From a virus (lineage: Duplodnaviria > Caudoviricetes): a DNA stretch of 64,000 bases. The DNA lies in IMG/VR virus record IMGVR_UViG_3300028591_000101, positions 64,001-128,000 of that record. One strand, written 5' to 3'. A program made the translations under genes and the position numbers. Under the pieces are notes generated by a model, which did no database searches, was not told where the DNA came from, and saw nothing but the letters and a program-made list of their open reading frames with translations. This document shows, in pieces, positions 9,870-19,200 of this stretch. Each line of letters begins with the position of its first letter. The stretch's first letter is position 1.

Positions 9870-10283
9870 ATGAAGAAGATTTTAGTTTTTATAGCTGGGC
9901 TATTATGTTTGTTTGGCTGTGGGTTTAACAAGCCAACAATTAACGAAATAAAACATGGAATTTTTTCGCAAGAAAGGCAAAGACTACCATTAGTTATCCA
10001 AGAACTTGACCGAGTTTACGACATTCAAATTGATAGTATTGTCTTGATAAATGATGAAGTAGAACCTTATTATGGCTATCTGGTAACGACTTGGGATTTA
10101 GATGAAAAACAAAACCTGTCAGTTACACAATGGGCAAGAAATGGTTATAATGACAAGTATATTAGGAAAAAGAAGCAAGTGTTGGTTGAAGTAAACAGTA
10201 TAACCTTTAACAAAAAAGAAGGGTCAATATCATGGAAAAGTTTTTGGGACTCTGCTTATTATCAAGCCAAAAATTCTGATTAA
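9870..10283 (+). CDS. Predicted lipoprotein
   Basis: MKKILVFIAGLLCLFG-C signal peptide II / lipobox. Confidence 0.7.
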   Translation: MKKILVFIAGLLCLFGCGFNKPTINEIKHGIFSQERQRLPLVIQELDRVYDIQIDSIVLINDEVEPYYGYLVTTWDLDEKQNLSVTQWARNGYNDKYIRKKKQVLVEVNSITFNKKEGSISWKSFWDSAYYQAKNSD

Positions 10284-10295
10284 ATGAAACTAATA

Positions 10296-10326
10296 AAGCG
10301 GGACTTTGAAATCCCGCTTATTTTTT
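10296..10326 (+). terminator. Intrinsic terminator overlapping the next promoter (TTG-N19-TATAAT, 10306-10333)
   Basis: AAGCGGGA...TCCCGCTT followed by ATTTTTT. Confidence 0.7.
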
Positions 10327-10339
10327 GTATAATATCTAT

Positions 10340-11524
10340 ATGGGACAACCAGTAAGACAACAGATAAAAGAAGCACACCCGAATGCAGGTGTTGAATCAA
10401 TATACACATTACTCGTAGATGGCGGCTCACTTCTTCGCCAGTCATTTAAGGACAATAGATTGAATACCAACGGAATACACTATGGTGGTGTGTTCCAGTT
10501 CTTGCTGCAGCTGCGAATGATTATGCAGAAAAAAGATTTCGACTTCGTATATGTCTTTTTCGATGCGCACGACTCCGGAATCCTACGTTACGAGATATAC
10601 CCTCCGTACAAGGCAAACCGAGACAAAGATTATGCCGAGCATTCCAATCTCAGTGACTACATGAAGGAATACAACGCATACCTTGCCCAAATGCAGAATC
10701 ATATCTACAAGAAGAAAGAGAAACCAGTCAAGGAGCTTACACCGGCTGAGAAAATTGTTAAGGAAAACTTTGACCGCGAGAGAGACCTTCTGTGCAAGTA
10801 TTTTAACGAGCTTTACATCAGGTGGATGATTGACGAGAAGACCGAGGGCGATGACCTTATATCATATTATGTACACCACAAACTGCAAAACGAAAAGGTG
10901 GTAATCATGAGCGCCGACGAAGACCTTACCCAACTTATCAGCGAAAGTGTTTGTGTTTATAACAACATCAAGAAGAAATTCTATTCAAGCGAGAATTTCA
11001 TAAGACTGAAAGGCTATCCGTATCAGAATGTCGTATTGAAGAAAGTTTTCTGTGGTGATAAGTCTGACAATATCGGAAACATTGACGGTGTTTCAGAGAC
11101 AAGACTAGCGGAACTGATGCCGGAGATTCTTACCCGTCCTGTGGCCATAAACGAGGTCAGGGAGCGTGCGAAGGAAAAAGTGGAGGAACGTATCAGCCAG
11201 AAGAAAAAACCTCTTAAATGGCAGGAAAACATCGTTAACGGTGTGTCAAGAACGGCATATCCCGGCGACTTCTACGAGATTAACGAGAAGATTATCAACC
11301 TGGAACATCCGCTTCTTACTACAGAGGCAGAGGAAGAGCTCAATGAGATGATGCACAATGTCCAGGACCCGGAAGGCAGGTCGTTTGAAAACCTGTATTC
11401 CTATATGTTGGAAGATGGAATTGACGAGCTTTCTGATTCCGACAGGTTTGCATTCTTCTTTGAACCTTATAAACCGCTGATTGACAAGGAGGTTAAAAGA
11501 TTTAAGAAAGAAATGTCTAAATAA
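10340..11524 (+). CDS. 5'-3' exonuclease / flap endonuclease (T4 RNase H, PolA N-terminal family)
   Basis: LLVDG, FFD, RYEIYPPYKANR, EGDDLI, SADEDLTQL, GDKSDNI. Confidence 0.92.
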   Translation: MGQPVRQQIKEAHPNAGVESIYTLLVDGGSLLRQSFKDNRLNTNGIHYGGVFQFLLQLRMIMQKKDFDFVYVFFDAHDSGILRYEIYPPYKANRDKDYAEHSNLSDYMKEYNAYLAQMQNHIYKKKEKPVKELTPAEKIVKENFDRERDLLCKYFNELYIRWMIDEKTEGDDLISYYVHHKLQNEKVVIMSADEDLTQLISESVCVYNNIKKKFYSSENFIRLKGYPYQNVVLKKVFCGDKSDNIGNIDGVSETRLAELMPEILTRPVAINEVRERAKEKVEERISQKKKPLKWQENIVNGVSRTAYPGDFYEINEKIINLEHPLLTTEAEEELNEMMHNVQDPEGRSFENLYSYMLEDGIDELSDSDRFAFFFEPYKPLIDKEVKRFKKEMSK

Positions 11525-11525
11525 G

Positions 11526-11554
11526 TTGTTATCCCAGGAACATTTTTGTATATT
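11526..11554 (+). promoter_or_regulatory. Class I promoter TTG-N20-TATATT
   Basis: Matches the recurrent geometry. Confidence 0.6.
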
Positions 11555-11564
11555 AGTATTACGA

Positions 11565-11612
11565 AACACACACAATATTATAGTTTTTAACACACACAAT
11601 ATTATAGTTTTT
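11565..11612 (+). repeat. Perfect 24-bp tandem duplication AACACACACAATATTATAGTTTTT x2
   Basis: Copies at 11565-11588 and 11589-11612, in a predicted 5' UTR. Confidence 0.95.
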
Positions 11613-11640
11613 TATGTTTAACCTTTAATTTTTTGCAAGA

Positions 11641-12411
11641 ATGGCAGAAGTTAAAAAGCAGTTTGAGCAGGCCCTCGCATTTAAGGAGCGCTTTGAGTTC
11701 AGACTAACCGTTGGCGACGACATTATTTGCCAGCGTTATTTCAGGATTGGTAATTTCAATCCTATTTCGCTCAAATCAAATGAGCTTATGGACACGATTC
11801 GTGGTTGTGCCGAGATGATTGACAACGACCTCAAGTCCAAGTCCCTCATCTACCTTGAAATCTTCGCTCCGAGGATTTTCAAGACCATGGATGAGTTTGA
11901 AAAGTACATTGAAAGCGAGAAGAACCGTGATTCCCTTATTCGTGGCGAGGGTGTCGTTATCCGGGATGAAAAGGACCACGATTTTGCTTGGAACGGGGTT
12001 GACAAACTTGTTCCCCTCACATTCAAGTTTGAGGATGGCGAGTTCTCTGAGCCGCTTACCGATGACGATTATGTGACCTATAAGTTTGCGTTCCTGGATT
12101 ATGGCCGTGAGGTTTGTTCCACCACTTGGGTTGGCGTTTATCCTCGCTTTGTCCGTAATTCAATTGACCTATCCAACAAGAGGGGTAGGCTTGATGCCGA
12201 CGAAATCTATCGTGTCGGTTTTGAGCAGTATATCCTCTATAAGCTCGTAGAGGGGCGTAGCGACCTCGTGTGGAAGCTGGTTAAGGAGATTTGCTACACT
12301 TGCAGTGATAGCGATGATTCCGCCTATACAATCAGTGAGGAATACCGTGACGAAGCGTCCGGAAAGACCCTCGTTTATAACAACAAGTCAGCAAGCAAGA
12401 AAGTCATCTAA
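11641..12411 (+). CDS. Hypothetical protein directly upstream of the helicase
   Basis: 256-aa ORF with codon usage like the replication genes. Confidence 0.85.
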   Translation: MAEVKKQFEQALAFKERFEFRLTVGDDIICQRYFRIGNFNPISLKSNELMDTIRGCAEMIDNDLKSKSLIYLEIFAPRIFKTMDEFEKYIESEKNRDSLIRGEGVVIRDEKDHDFAWNGVDKLVPLTFKFEDGEFSEPLTDDDYVTYKFAFLDYGREVCSTTWVGVYPRFVRNSIDLSNKRGRLDADEIYRVGFEQYILYKLVEGRSDLVWKLVKEICYTCSDSDDSAYTISEEYRDEASGKTLVYNNKSASKKVI

Positions 12412-12418
12412 TTGAGAT

Positions 12419-13978
12419 ATGGGAAAAGCGATTGATAAAAGTAATCTTGGTTATCTGGATATTGATTTCCAGTATAAGTTGGCCAAGTGCTTTATTGAAG
12501 AGCCCCATTTTTTCAGTGAGATATCAACCATTGTTGAACAAAACGCATTTACCGACAGCTTGCTGCGTACATTTGTCGGAACCCTAAAGGACTATTATTT
12601 CAAAGAGAGTGTTGTCCCCTCGTATGAAACGATGGGGATAGCACTCAAGTCCAAGGCAAAGACGACAAATGAACTTCAAGAGTGGACGGACCTTATTGAC
12701 AAGCTTCATTTCAAAACCTCTCTTGAAGGATATACTCTCGTAAAAGAGAATGCGTTGAAGTTCTTCAAGCAACAGAATCTTATCAAGGTAGCGAATAAAA
12801 TTCTTGAAATTGCCGGTAACGGAGACATTGACCGTTACGATGAATGCCAGAAATTGCTGGATGATGCATCGTTGGCCGGTAATGAGGATGAATTTGGCTT
12901 TTCCCCGTATGATTTGGAAGATAAGGCCCTCTCGCAGGAGTTTAAAGTTCCAATCCCTACGGGTATCAGTAAACTTGACGATGCTCTGAACGGCGGTCTT
13001 GAAAAGAAGAAAATCGGACTTATCATTGGCTCTGCAGGTTTTGGTAAGAGTACATTTTCAACCTGCATCGCTTCATATGCCGCGACTTACAGGTGTGACC
13101 TTAACAATAATGAGGGTTACAAGGTGTTGCAGATTTATTTTGAGGACGATGATGTTGATATTGCACGTAAGCACTTTTCAAAGATTACAGGTGTTGAGGC
13201 CAGAAATCTCACAAAAGACCGTGCACAGATAGCCGAAATCAGGGAAACGCTTGACCACTATGAGGGAAAGGAGATGCTTCAGAAGAACTTGAGGCTTAAG
13301 CCTTTCCTGGCACATACCAAGTCAGCGACCGATATCGGTATCTTCATCAAGAGACTGATAAATACTGGTTGGAAGCCAGACCTTGTAATTATTGACTATT
13401 TTGAATGCTTGTTGGCTGAGAAATCCGGTTACAGTACCGATTCTGAGTGGAAGCGACAGGGAGATACTATCCGTAAGATTGAAAACCTCGCAAAGGAACT
13501 TGACATAGCGATATGGGTTCCTACACAGGGTAATAAGGACAGTATCACAAGCCCGGATGTCGTAACGATGAATCAGGCCGGTGGTTCTATCATTAAAGTC
13601 CAAGCGGCCCATGTGGTTATCTCCATTGCCAGGTCACTTGAAGATATTGACAACAGCCGTGCAACCCTTGCGGTGCTTAAAAATCGTTCAGGTAAGTCAG
13701 GCACAGTGTTCCATAACATCAGGTTTGATAACGGAACAAGTACGATTTCTTGTGATGAGGTATCGGAATTTGACAACTCGGAAAAGAAGTGGTCCGAGGA
13801 AGCCGAGAGACTCAAGGAACAGAATTACCGAAACGGTGTCAATGAGCTATACCAGAGGGCGTACGATGCCGTTCATAAGCCGAAGGAAGAGGTCTACGTT
13901 GATAAAACGACAGGCGAAGTCCTTAAAGGTCAGACAGTTGCGGACGACGGAGAACGGAATGTGATTAACTTCGGGTAG
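12419..13978 (+). CDS. Replicative DnaB-like (SF4, gp41-like) helicase
   Basis: IPTGISKLDDALNGG, GSAGFGKS, VIIDYFE, PTQGNK, LKNRSG. Confidence 0.93.
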   Translation: MGKAIDKSNLGYLDIDFQYKLAKCFIEEPHFFSEISTIVEQNAFTDSLLRTFVGTLKDYYFKESVVPSYETMGIALKSKAKTTNELQEWTDLIDKLHFKTSLEGYTLVKENALKFFKQQNLIKVANKILEIAGNGDIDRYDECQKLLDDASLAGNEDEFGFSPYDLEDKALSQEFKVPIPTGISKLDDALNGGLEKKKIGLIIGSAGFGKSTFSTCIASYAATYRCDLNNNEGYKVLQIYFEDDDVDIARKHFSKITGVEARNLTKDRAQIAEIRETLDHYEGKEMLQKNLRLKPFLAHTKSATDIGIFIKRLINTGWKPDLVIIDYFECLLAEKSGYSTDSEWKRQGDTIRKIENLAKELDIAIWVPTQGNKDSITSPDVVTMNQAGGSIIKVQAAHVVISIARSLEDIDNSRATLAVLKNRSGKSGTVFHNIRFDNGTSTISCDEVSEFDNSEKKWSEEAERLKEQNYRNGVNELYQRAYDAVHKPKEEVYVDKTTGEVLKGQTVADDGERNVINFG

Positions 13979-14005
13979 TGGAAAAATGGACTGAAAATTA
14001 TTTGC

Positions 14006-14062
14006 AAATTTTTCTTGCTGACACACAGTCACTTCCGTGTTGGCAAGAAATTTTTGTTTTTT
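14006..14062 (+). terminator. Long hairpin plus T-tract between the helicase and nrdD
   Basis: TTTCTTGCTGACAC pairs with GTGTTGGCAAGAAA (G-U pairs), 12-nt loop, then a T-run. Confidence 0.6.
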
Positions 14063-14136
14063 AATAGCTAAGTGATGAATATTTATCTTTACCTACCGCC
14101 GGAAAAGATAGATAAATTATAAACAAAGAACAATAT

Positions 14137-16320
14137 ATGGAAGTAAGAAAAAGTAATGGAGCTCGGGAAGAGTTCAGTCGTGATAAGGTAAAGAACGGGA
14201 TTTGTGAGGCCTATAAGACCGCAGGAGAAAAATGCGAAGATGTAATTCTTGATAGCATCGTTAACGGCCTCTTCATTTATGAGGGGATAGCAACGTCTGA
14301 AATACGAAGACAGGTAGAAGAAGCCCTTATGTCCATAAACAAGAAGGTCGCTAAGGCCTATATTGAGAATAATGACGACAATAAGGACTTACGTAAGAAG
14401 CAAGACTTCATTACGGAGTATATCAATGCCTCAAATGCCGCCACCGGTTCAAAATTTGACTCCAATGCCAATGTGACGAACAAGAATATCGTTACACTCG
14501 GTCAGGAACTCTATAAGGAAAACAACATCAAGCAGAACCGATACATTCTTACGGACAAGATTCGTAAGATGTACAGCAAAAAGTTGGCTGAACAGTATCT
14601 TGAAGACCTTAAAAGCCATGTCCTTTATAAGCATGATGAATCAGGAACACCAGGTTATCCCTATTGTGTGGCTATCACAATGTATCCGTTCCTGGAAGAT
14701 GGTCTCAAGAAACTCGGTGGCGTATCAGTAGCCCCGACCGACCTGAAATCATTCTGCGGAGAGTTCATCAACTTGGTCTATTCTGTTTCATCACAGTTCA
14801 TGGGAGCGGTAGCAACCCCGGAATTCCTTATGTACATGGATTATTTCATCCGCAAGGACTATGGCGAGGATTATCTTGACCATCTTGACGATGTAGTTGA
14901 CCTTACATCAAAGAGAAGGACGCTCGTTAAGGTTATTGATAACGCGTTCCAGCAGGTCGTCCACTCAATGAACATGCCAGCCGGTAATCGTGGTTATCAG
15001 ACCGTATTCTGGAACATTTCGTACTTTGACAAGCCTTATTTTGAGGGCGTATTTGGTGATTTCAAGTTCCCTGATGGTTCCAAGCCGAAGTGGGAGACCC
15101 TTTCATGGCTTCAGAAGCACTTTATGAAGTGGTTTAACAAGGAACGCGAGAAGTATATTCTCACATTCCCGGTTGAGACAATGGCACTTCTCACAAATGG
15201 AGGAAATGACTTCGTTGACCAGGATTATGCAGACTTCACCGCTGAAATGTGGTCGGAGGGCCATAGTTTCTTCTGCTACCTTTCTGATAGTCCAGACAGT
15301 CTTTCGTCTTGCTGCAGACTTCGTAATTCCTTAAAAGACCTTGATAACGCCGACGAGGACCACAACCACACCACACACCAGTATTCAATGGGTACTGCGT
15401 CAGTTTCAACCGGTTCCAAGTCAGTTATGTCAATGAACCTGCCGAGACTCGTTCAAGACGCGGCGAGAAGTTACTTTGACGACAGGGATATTTCTGTTGA
15501 GGATGGTAAGAATGTACCCGAGCAAGGCCTTACCTATGATAAGGAGGAGCTTTACAAGTATATCAGGGACGATATCCGTGAGATGACGAGCCGAATCCAC
15601 AAGTATCAGACAGCTTTCAACGAAACCATCAAGGATTTCCTTAAGGCAGGCATGCTAGATGTTTATAATGCTGGTTTCATTGACATGAGGAAGCAGTATC
15701 TTACTGTTGGTGTTAACGGAATTACTGATGCAGCTGAATTCCTCGGAATCAAGGTTGGTCCTAATGAGGAATATCGTGAGTTTGTCAATAATATCCTTGA
15801 AACTATTAACATTGAGAACCGCAAGGACAAGACTCGTGACTGCATGTTCAATACAGAGTTTGTACCTGCTGAAAATCTTGCCGCAAAGAACTACAAGTGG
15901 GACCAGAAGGATGGCTACTGGGTAAGTCCGAACAGGAACCTTTACAGCTCATATTTCTACAATCCGGAAGATACGAGCCTGTCGGTTCTCCAGAAGATGG
16001 AATTGCACGGAAACGAGTATGTTAAGTATCTTGATGGCGGTTCAGCCCTACACGCAAACCTCCACGAACATCTTTCAAAGGTACAGTATCGTCAGCTTAT
16101 GAATGTTGCCGCCGCAAATGGTTGCAACTACTTTACTTTCAACGTAAAGAATACGGTTTGCAACGACTGCGGATACATCTCAAAGCACACCCTTGACAAG
16201 TGCCCTCATTGCGGAAGCACAAACCTTGACTACCTGACAAGAGTTATTGGTTACCTCAAGAGGATTTCTTCATTTGCGGAGCCCAGACAGCTGGAAGCCG
16301 GAAAGAGATACTACGAATAA
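14137..16320 (+). CDS. nrdD: Anaerobic (class III) ribonucleoside-triphosphate reductase with N-terminal ATP cone
   Basis: VRKSNG ATP cone, PYCVA, SSCCRLRN, CxxC...CPHCGS zinc site, TRVIGYL glycyl-radical loop. Confidence 0.96.
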   Translation: MEVRKSNGAREEFSRDKVKNGICEAYKTAGEKCEDVILDSIVNGLFIYEGIATSEIRRQVEEALMSINKKVAKAYIENNDDNKDLRKKQDFITEYINASNAATGSKFDSNANVTNKNIVTLGQELYKENNIKQNRYILTDKIRKMYSKKLAEQYLEDLKSHVLYKHDESGTPGYPYCVAITMYPFLEDGLKKLGGVSVAPTDLKSFCGEFINLVYSVSSQFMGAVATPEFLMYMDYFIRKDYGEDYLDHLDDVVDLTSKRRTLVKVIDNAFQQVVHSMNMPAGNRGYQTVFWNISYFDKPYFEGVFGDFKFPDGSKPKWETLSWLQKHFMKWFNKEREKYILTFPVETMALLTNGGNDFVDQDYADFTAEMWSEGHSFFCYLSDSPDSLSSCCRLRNSLKDLDNADEDHNHTTHQYSMGTASVSTGSKSVMSMNLPRLVQDAARSYFDDRDISVEDGKNVPEQGLTYDKEELYKYIRDDIREMTSRIHKYQTAFNETIKDFLKAGMLDVYNAGFIDMRKQYLTVGVNGITDAAEFLGIKVGPNEEYREFVNNILETINIENRKDKTRDCMFNTEFVPAENLAAKNYKWDQKDGYWVSPNRNLYSSYFYNPEDTSLSVLQKMELHGNEYVKYLDGGSALHANLHEHLSKVQYRQLMNVAAANGCNYFTFNVKNTVCNDCGYISKHTLDKCPHCGSTNLDYLTRVIGYLKRISSFAEPRQLEAGKRYYE

Positions 16321-16332
16321 GATGAAATGAAA

Positions 16333-16360
16333 AAACCCAGGGTTACCCCTGGGTTTATTT
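16333..16360. terminator. Bidirectional terminator between convergent genes
   Basis: AAACCCAGGG-TTAC-CCCTGGGTTT flanked by A and T runs. Confidence 0.85.
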
Positions 16361-18244
16361 TTATTTTTTCAGATTTTCTCGTATTATTTGTTTGACAAGT
16401 TTTTTGAAGTTTTCTTCATTCATTGGTTGTCCGGTCCTTAATGCTTTTTCCGCGCCCCTCATTAGCCTTTTGTCGTCCCTTGCTTGTTGCCGTGTCATTG
16501 AGCCGTCTCTTACCATCTGGTTAATTGCATTATTTGCGTTTTGTCTGGTTCTCCTGTTGGTTGAAATTCTGTCACGCAGACCCATATTGCTTTGGTTTGC
16601 GGTTTGACCCATTACCTGTACAGCGCTTTGTGCTAATGATGGTTGTCTATCAGTGCCGACTAATCCTTGTGGTTGGGTTTGCGTTGGGGTAACCTGTGTT
16701 GGTAAATCTAATTTTGGAAGGTCTGTTTGGGCCAAAATGGGTTGTCTTGGCTCTCTTGTTTGAGGCTGAACTGGTTGTTGCTGCTGTTGTGACTTAGGAT
16801 TTTGTTTCCTAATAATAGGTTTTGGCGGAAGAACAACATTAGTATCATCACTTTGGACGGCGCCACGAACGATATTCAGTAACTCATTAATTCTTGTTTG
16901 AATTTGTTGAAGGTCGGTGTCGTTATAGTGTGTACGGCTTGAATAAAACCTCTTTTTTCCTGTTTCTGGAAGAGGTTGAAGATTTCCAGTATCAAAACCA
17001 AGCTCATTGAGTTTTGTCAAATATTGATTCAAAACCTTTGGATATGTTGCAGCTATGTTATAACCGTTTTCACTGTTTTGAAGCCTTGATGCTCCACCGG
17101 CAACGCCAGACATGTTATTTACGTCGGCATATGCAGCTCCGCCGGTACCAGTCACACCTACCTTTTTCTCCAGATTTGCAAGTGCGCGGTCAAGTTGTCC
17201 TTCTTTAAGTAAATTACTTTCATTTACTTGTTCCTGACCGGTTTGCTGTGGCTGGGTTTGTTGTTGAGCAAGTTTAGACGATATTTGGTCATATACGTAA
17301 GCTGTACGTTTTCCCCATTTTCCATCCGGTACAAGGGGCTGTCCGTCTTGGTCAACATACCCGTGGGCATTAGCCCAATTCTGGAATTGTTCTATTTCGG
17401 CTCTTGTGCTGAGACTTTGCGGCATTTCTACTTGTGGCTGTCCAGATTCAAGTTGTTTCATTAAAGAGGAAAGTTCAGCCATTCCATTGGCGATGTTTGG
17501 TATATAGTTCGCTGCTTTCTTTCCATTCATTCCATTGAAAATGCTTTCTGACACGGGTTGTTGAGTACCACGTGCCTGTTGACCGGTTTGATTTTGTACG
17601 CCAGCCTTTTTAGCAAAATACTCAAGGATATTCTTCACTCTATTCGCAAGTACTTGTAGACAGTTTGAAACCCTAACAATATCTCTCTGTTTCTTTTTAC
17701 TACGTCCAACAAGCACACAGTGGGTTACTATTGTAACTGCAACGGTAATCCAGACATAAGGGTTTGCCAGAAATTTTGCAAATGAAACGCCACGAGTAAT
17801 CATACTGGTAGTCCTAGCAACTGATGCAGGCATTGTTTGGGTACCCATAACCCAGTCTCCGAGTGCCGGACTCCAACTCAGGCCAGCAGCATTTTCCATT
17901 AAGGCATTAATGCCAAGTTTTTGCTCAATATTGCTAACCCTATCAGCAAATCCGCTGAGTATTTCAACAGCAGTTAAAAGATTTCTTCTCGTAGTATTTA
18001 CAAAGTCAAAACCACCGCCAAGCACTTTGATTTTGTTTCCTGGTTGTGTTGGCTGGCTATTTAAACCGATACCTTGTTCTGCAATATTAAGAAGCTGCTC
18101 AAATTTATTTATGTCAGTAGCTAATGTTCCAAGAAGGTTAATGTTAACGTTATTGTTTCTTGAGCCAAAAAGCTCATTGACTTCTTCGTTTATTGCTTTA
18201 TTTAGATAGAGGTTTAGTGCGCGTTCATCCAATTGTAACTTCAT
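16361..18244 (-). CDS. Putative internal head/ejected (poly)protein with a TM helix and a PG-binding-like motif
   Basis: ATG 18244 follows the late motif. Q/N/G-rich, TM segment YVWITVAVTIVTHCVLVG, LVPDGKWGKRT (PG_binding_1-like), C-terminal KQIIRE. Confidence 0.55.
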   Translation of the reverse strand: MKLQLDERALNLYLNKAINEEVNELFGSRNNNVNINLLGTLATDINKFEQLLNIAEQGIGLNSQPTQPGNKIKVLGGGFDFVNTTRRNLLTAVEILSGFADRVSNIEQKLGINALMENAAGLSWSPALGDWVMGTQTMPASVARTTSMITRGVSFAKFLANPYVWITVAVTIVTHCVLVGRSKKKQRDIVRVSNCLQVLANRVKNILEYFAKKAGVQNQTGQQARGTQQPVSESIFNGMNGKKAANYIPNIANGMAELSSLMKQLESGQPQVEMPQSLSTRAEIEQFQNWANAHGYVDQDGQPLVPDGKWGKRTAYVYDQISSKLAQQQTQPQQTGQEQVNESNLLKEGQLDRALANLEKKVGVTGTGGAAYADVNNMSGVAGGASRLQNSENGYNIAATYPKVLNQYLTKLNELGFDTGNLQPLPETGKKRFYSSRTHYNDTDLQQIQTRINELLNIVRGAVQSDDTNVVLPPKPIIRKQNPKSQQQQQPVQPQTREPRQPILAQTDLPKLDLPTQVTPTQTQPQGLVGTDRQPSLAQSAVQVMGQTANQSNMGLRDRISTNRRTRQNANNAINQMVRDGSMTRQQARDDKRLMRGAEKALRTGQPMNEENFKKLVKQIIRENLKK

Positions 18245-18262
18245 AATACTATACAATTTTTC

Positions 18263-18272
18263 TATAAATAGT
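18263..18272 (-). promoter_or_regulatory. Class II motif ACTATTTATA (minus strand)
   Basis: TATAAATAGT on the plus strand, 18 nt upstream of ATG 18244. Confidence 0.65.
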
Positions 18273-18294
18273 CACTAAATGCATTAAGTATATT

Positions 18295-18323
18295 TTGTTA
18301 TTTCAGAAAAAAATCTGTATCTT
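18295..18323 (+). promoter_or_regulatory. Class I promoter TTG-N20-TATCTT
   Basis: Matches the recurrent geometry. Confidence 0.6.
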
Positions 18324-18348
18324 ATTATTGTATAATACATTTTCAGTT

Positions 18349-18594
18349 ATGAATATTAAGTACAGAATCAGAAAACGTAAAACCGCTTCTGAAGAACAGT
18401 TTTATGTTGATTACAAGCGTTTTAATGAAGGTGATAACCTTGATGACATTCAGTGGATGGGTGGTTTCTATGCTAGGTCGGAAGAAGCGGCAAGAAAAAT
18501 CATTGAAACGCACAGACAATACGAGGAATTAAGGCTCCGTCTTCAGATGAGCGAGGAAGTAATCTATGACGAGACAGAAGACAAGAAGGACTAA
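18349..18594 (+). CDS. Hypothetical protein
   Basis: ATG 18349 follows the promoter. Confidence 0.7.
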   Translation: MNIKYRIRKRKTASEEQFYVDYKRFNEGDNLDDIQWMGGFYARSEEAARKIIETHRQYEELRLRLQMSEEVIYDETEDKKD

Positions 18595-18717
18595 ACTCCA
18601 TGGTCATTGGGAGGCCCTGTCCTGGAAACAAAGGGGTGTTCTAATCGGTTATGCCGCTAGGAAGAACTGGTCGGCATATTGGAAATATAAGTGGGTGTGC
18701 TTAAATTTGAAAAAAGT

Positions 18718-19197
18718 ATGATAAAATATTTAGATACAGCTGTTGTTTTTGAAGAGATACCTGACGAAGTTACGTTGGCGATTGAGATTACGAACTGTCC
18801 CGGCCATTGTGTAGGGTGTCATAGTCCGTGGCTCCGTGAAGATATCGGAGAAGAACTCACAATTGATGTGCTTCACGACCTAATAAACAAGAACAAGGGC
18901 ATTACGTGTGTTTGTTTCATGGGCGAGGGGAAGGACACCGTTGGACTACTAAACTTAGCGAAGATGGTTGAAGATATGGGGTTAAAGGCGGCGCTCTATT
19001 CAGGAAGGGAACACCTTGGGCTTGAGTTTTTCTCGGTGTTCTCATATGTAAAGGTAGGGCCGTATATTGCTGAGTATGGGCCACTTAACAAAAAGACTAC
19101 GAATCAGAAACTATATGAGGTGCATCATAAGAAAGAAGGTAATGAAGTTAGTTTTAAGTTTGATGACATAACATACAAGTTTTGGAAAAAGGATTAA
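18718..19197 (+). CDS. nrdG: Anaerobic RNR activating enzyme (radical SAM)
   Basis: VFEEIPDEVTL, CPGHCVGCHSP (CxxxCxxC), KVGPY, TTNQ. Confidence 0.93.
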   Translation: MIKYLDTAVVFEEIPDEVTLAIEITNCPGHCVGCHSPWLREDIGEELTIDVLHDLINKNKGITCVCFMGEGKDTVGLLNLAKMVEDMGLKAALYSGREHLGLEFFSVFSYVKVGPYIAEYGPLNKKTTNQKLYEVHHKKEGNEVSFKFDDITYKFWKKD

Positions 19198-19200
19198 ACT

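Noticed and set aside
11565-11612. CRISPR mini-array or NrdR boxes
   Set aside because: The copies abut with no spacer. The resemblance to the NrdR box needs an extra base, and a terminator separates the site from nrdD.
14137-16320. Intein or intron in nrdD, helicase or recombinase
   Set aside because: Lengths are ordinary, with no intein splice motifs or frame breaks.
18587-18700. tRNA, twister/hammerhead ribozyme or cobalamin riboswitch
   Set aside because: No T-arm or cloverleaf, and the conserved cores of these families are missing; kept only as an unclassified structure.
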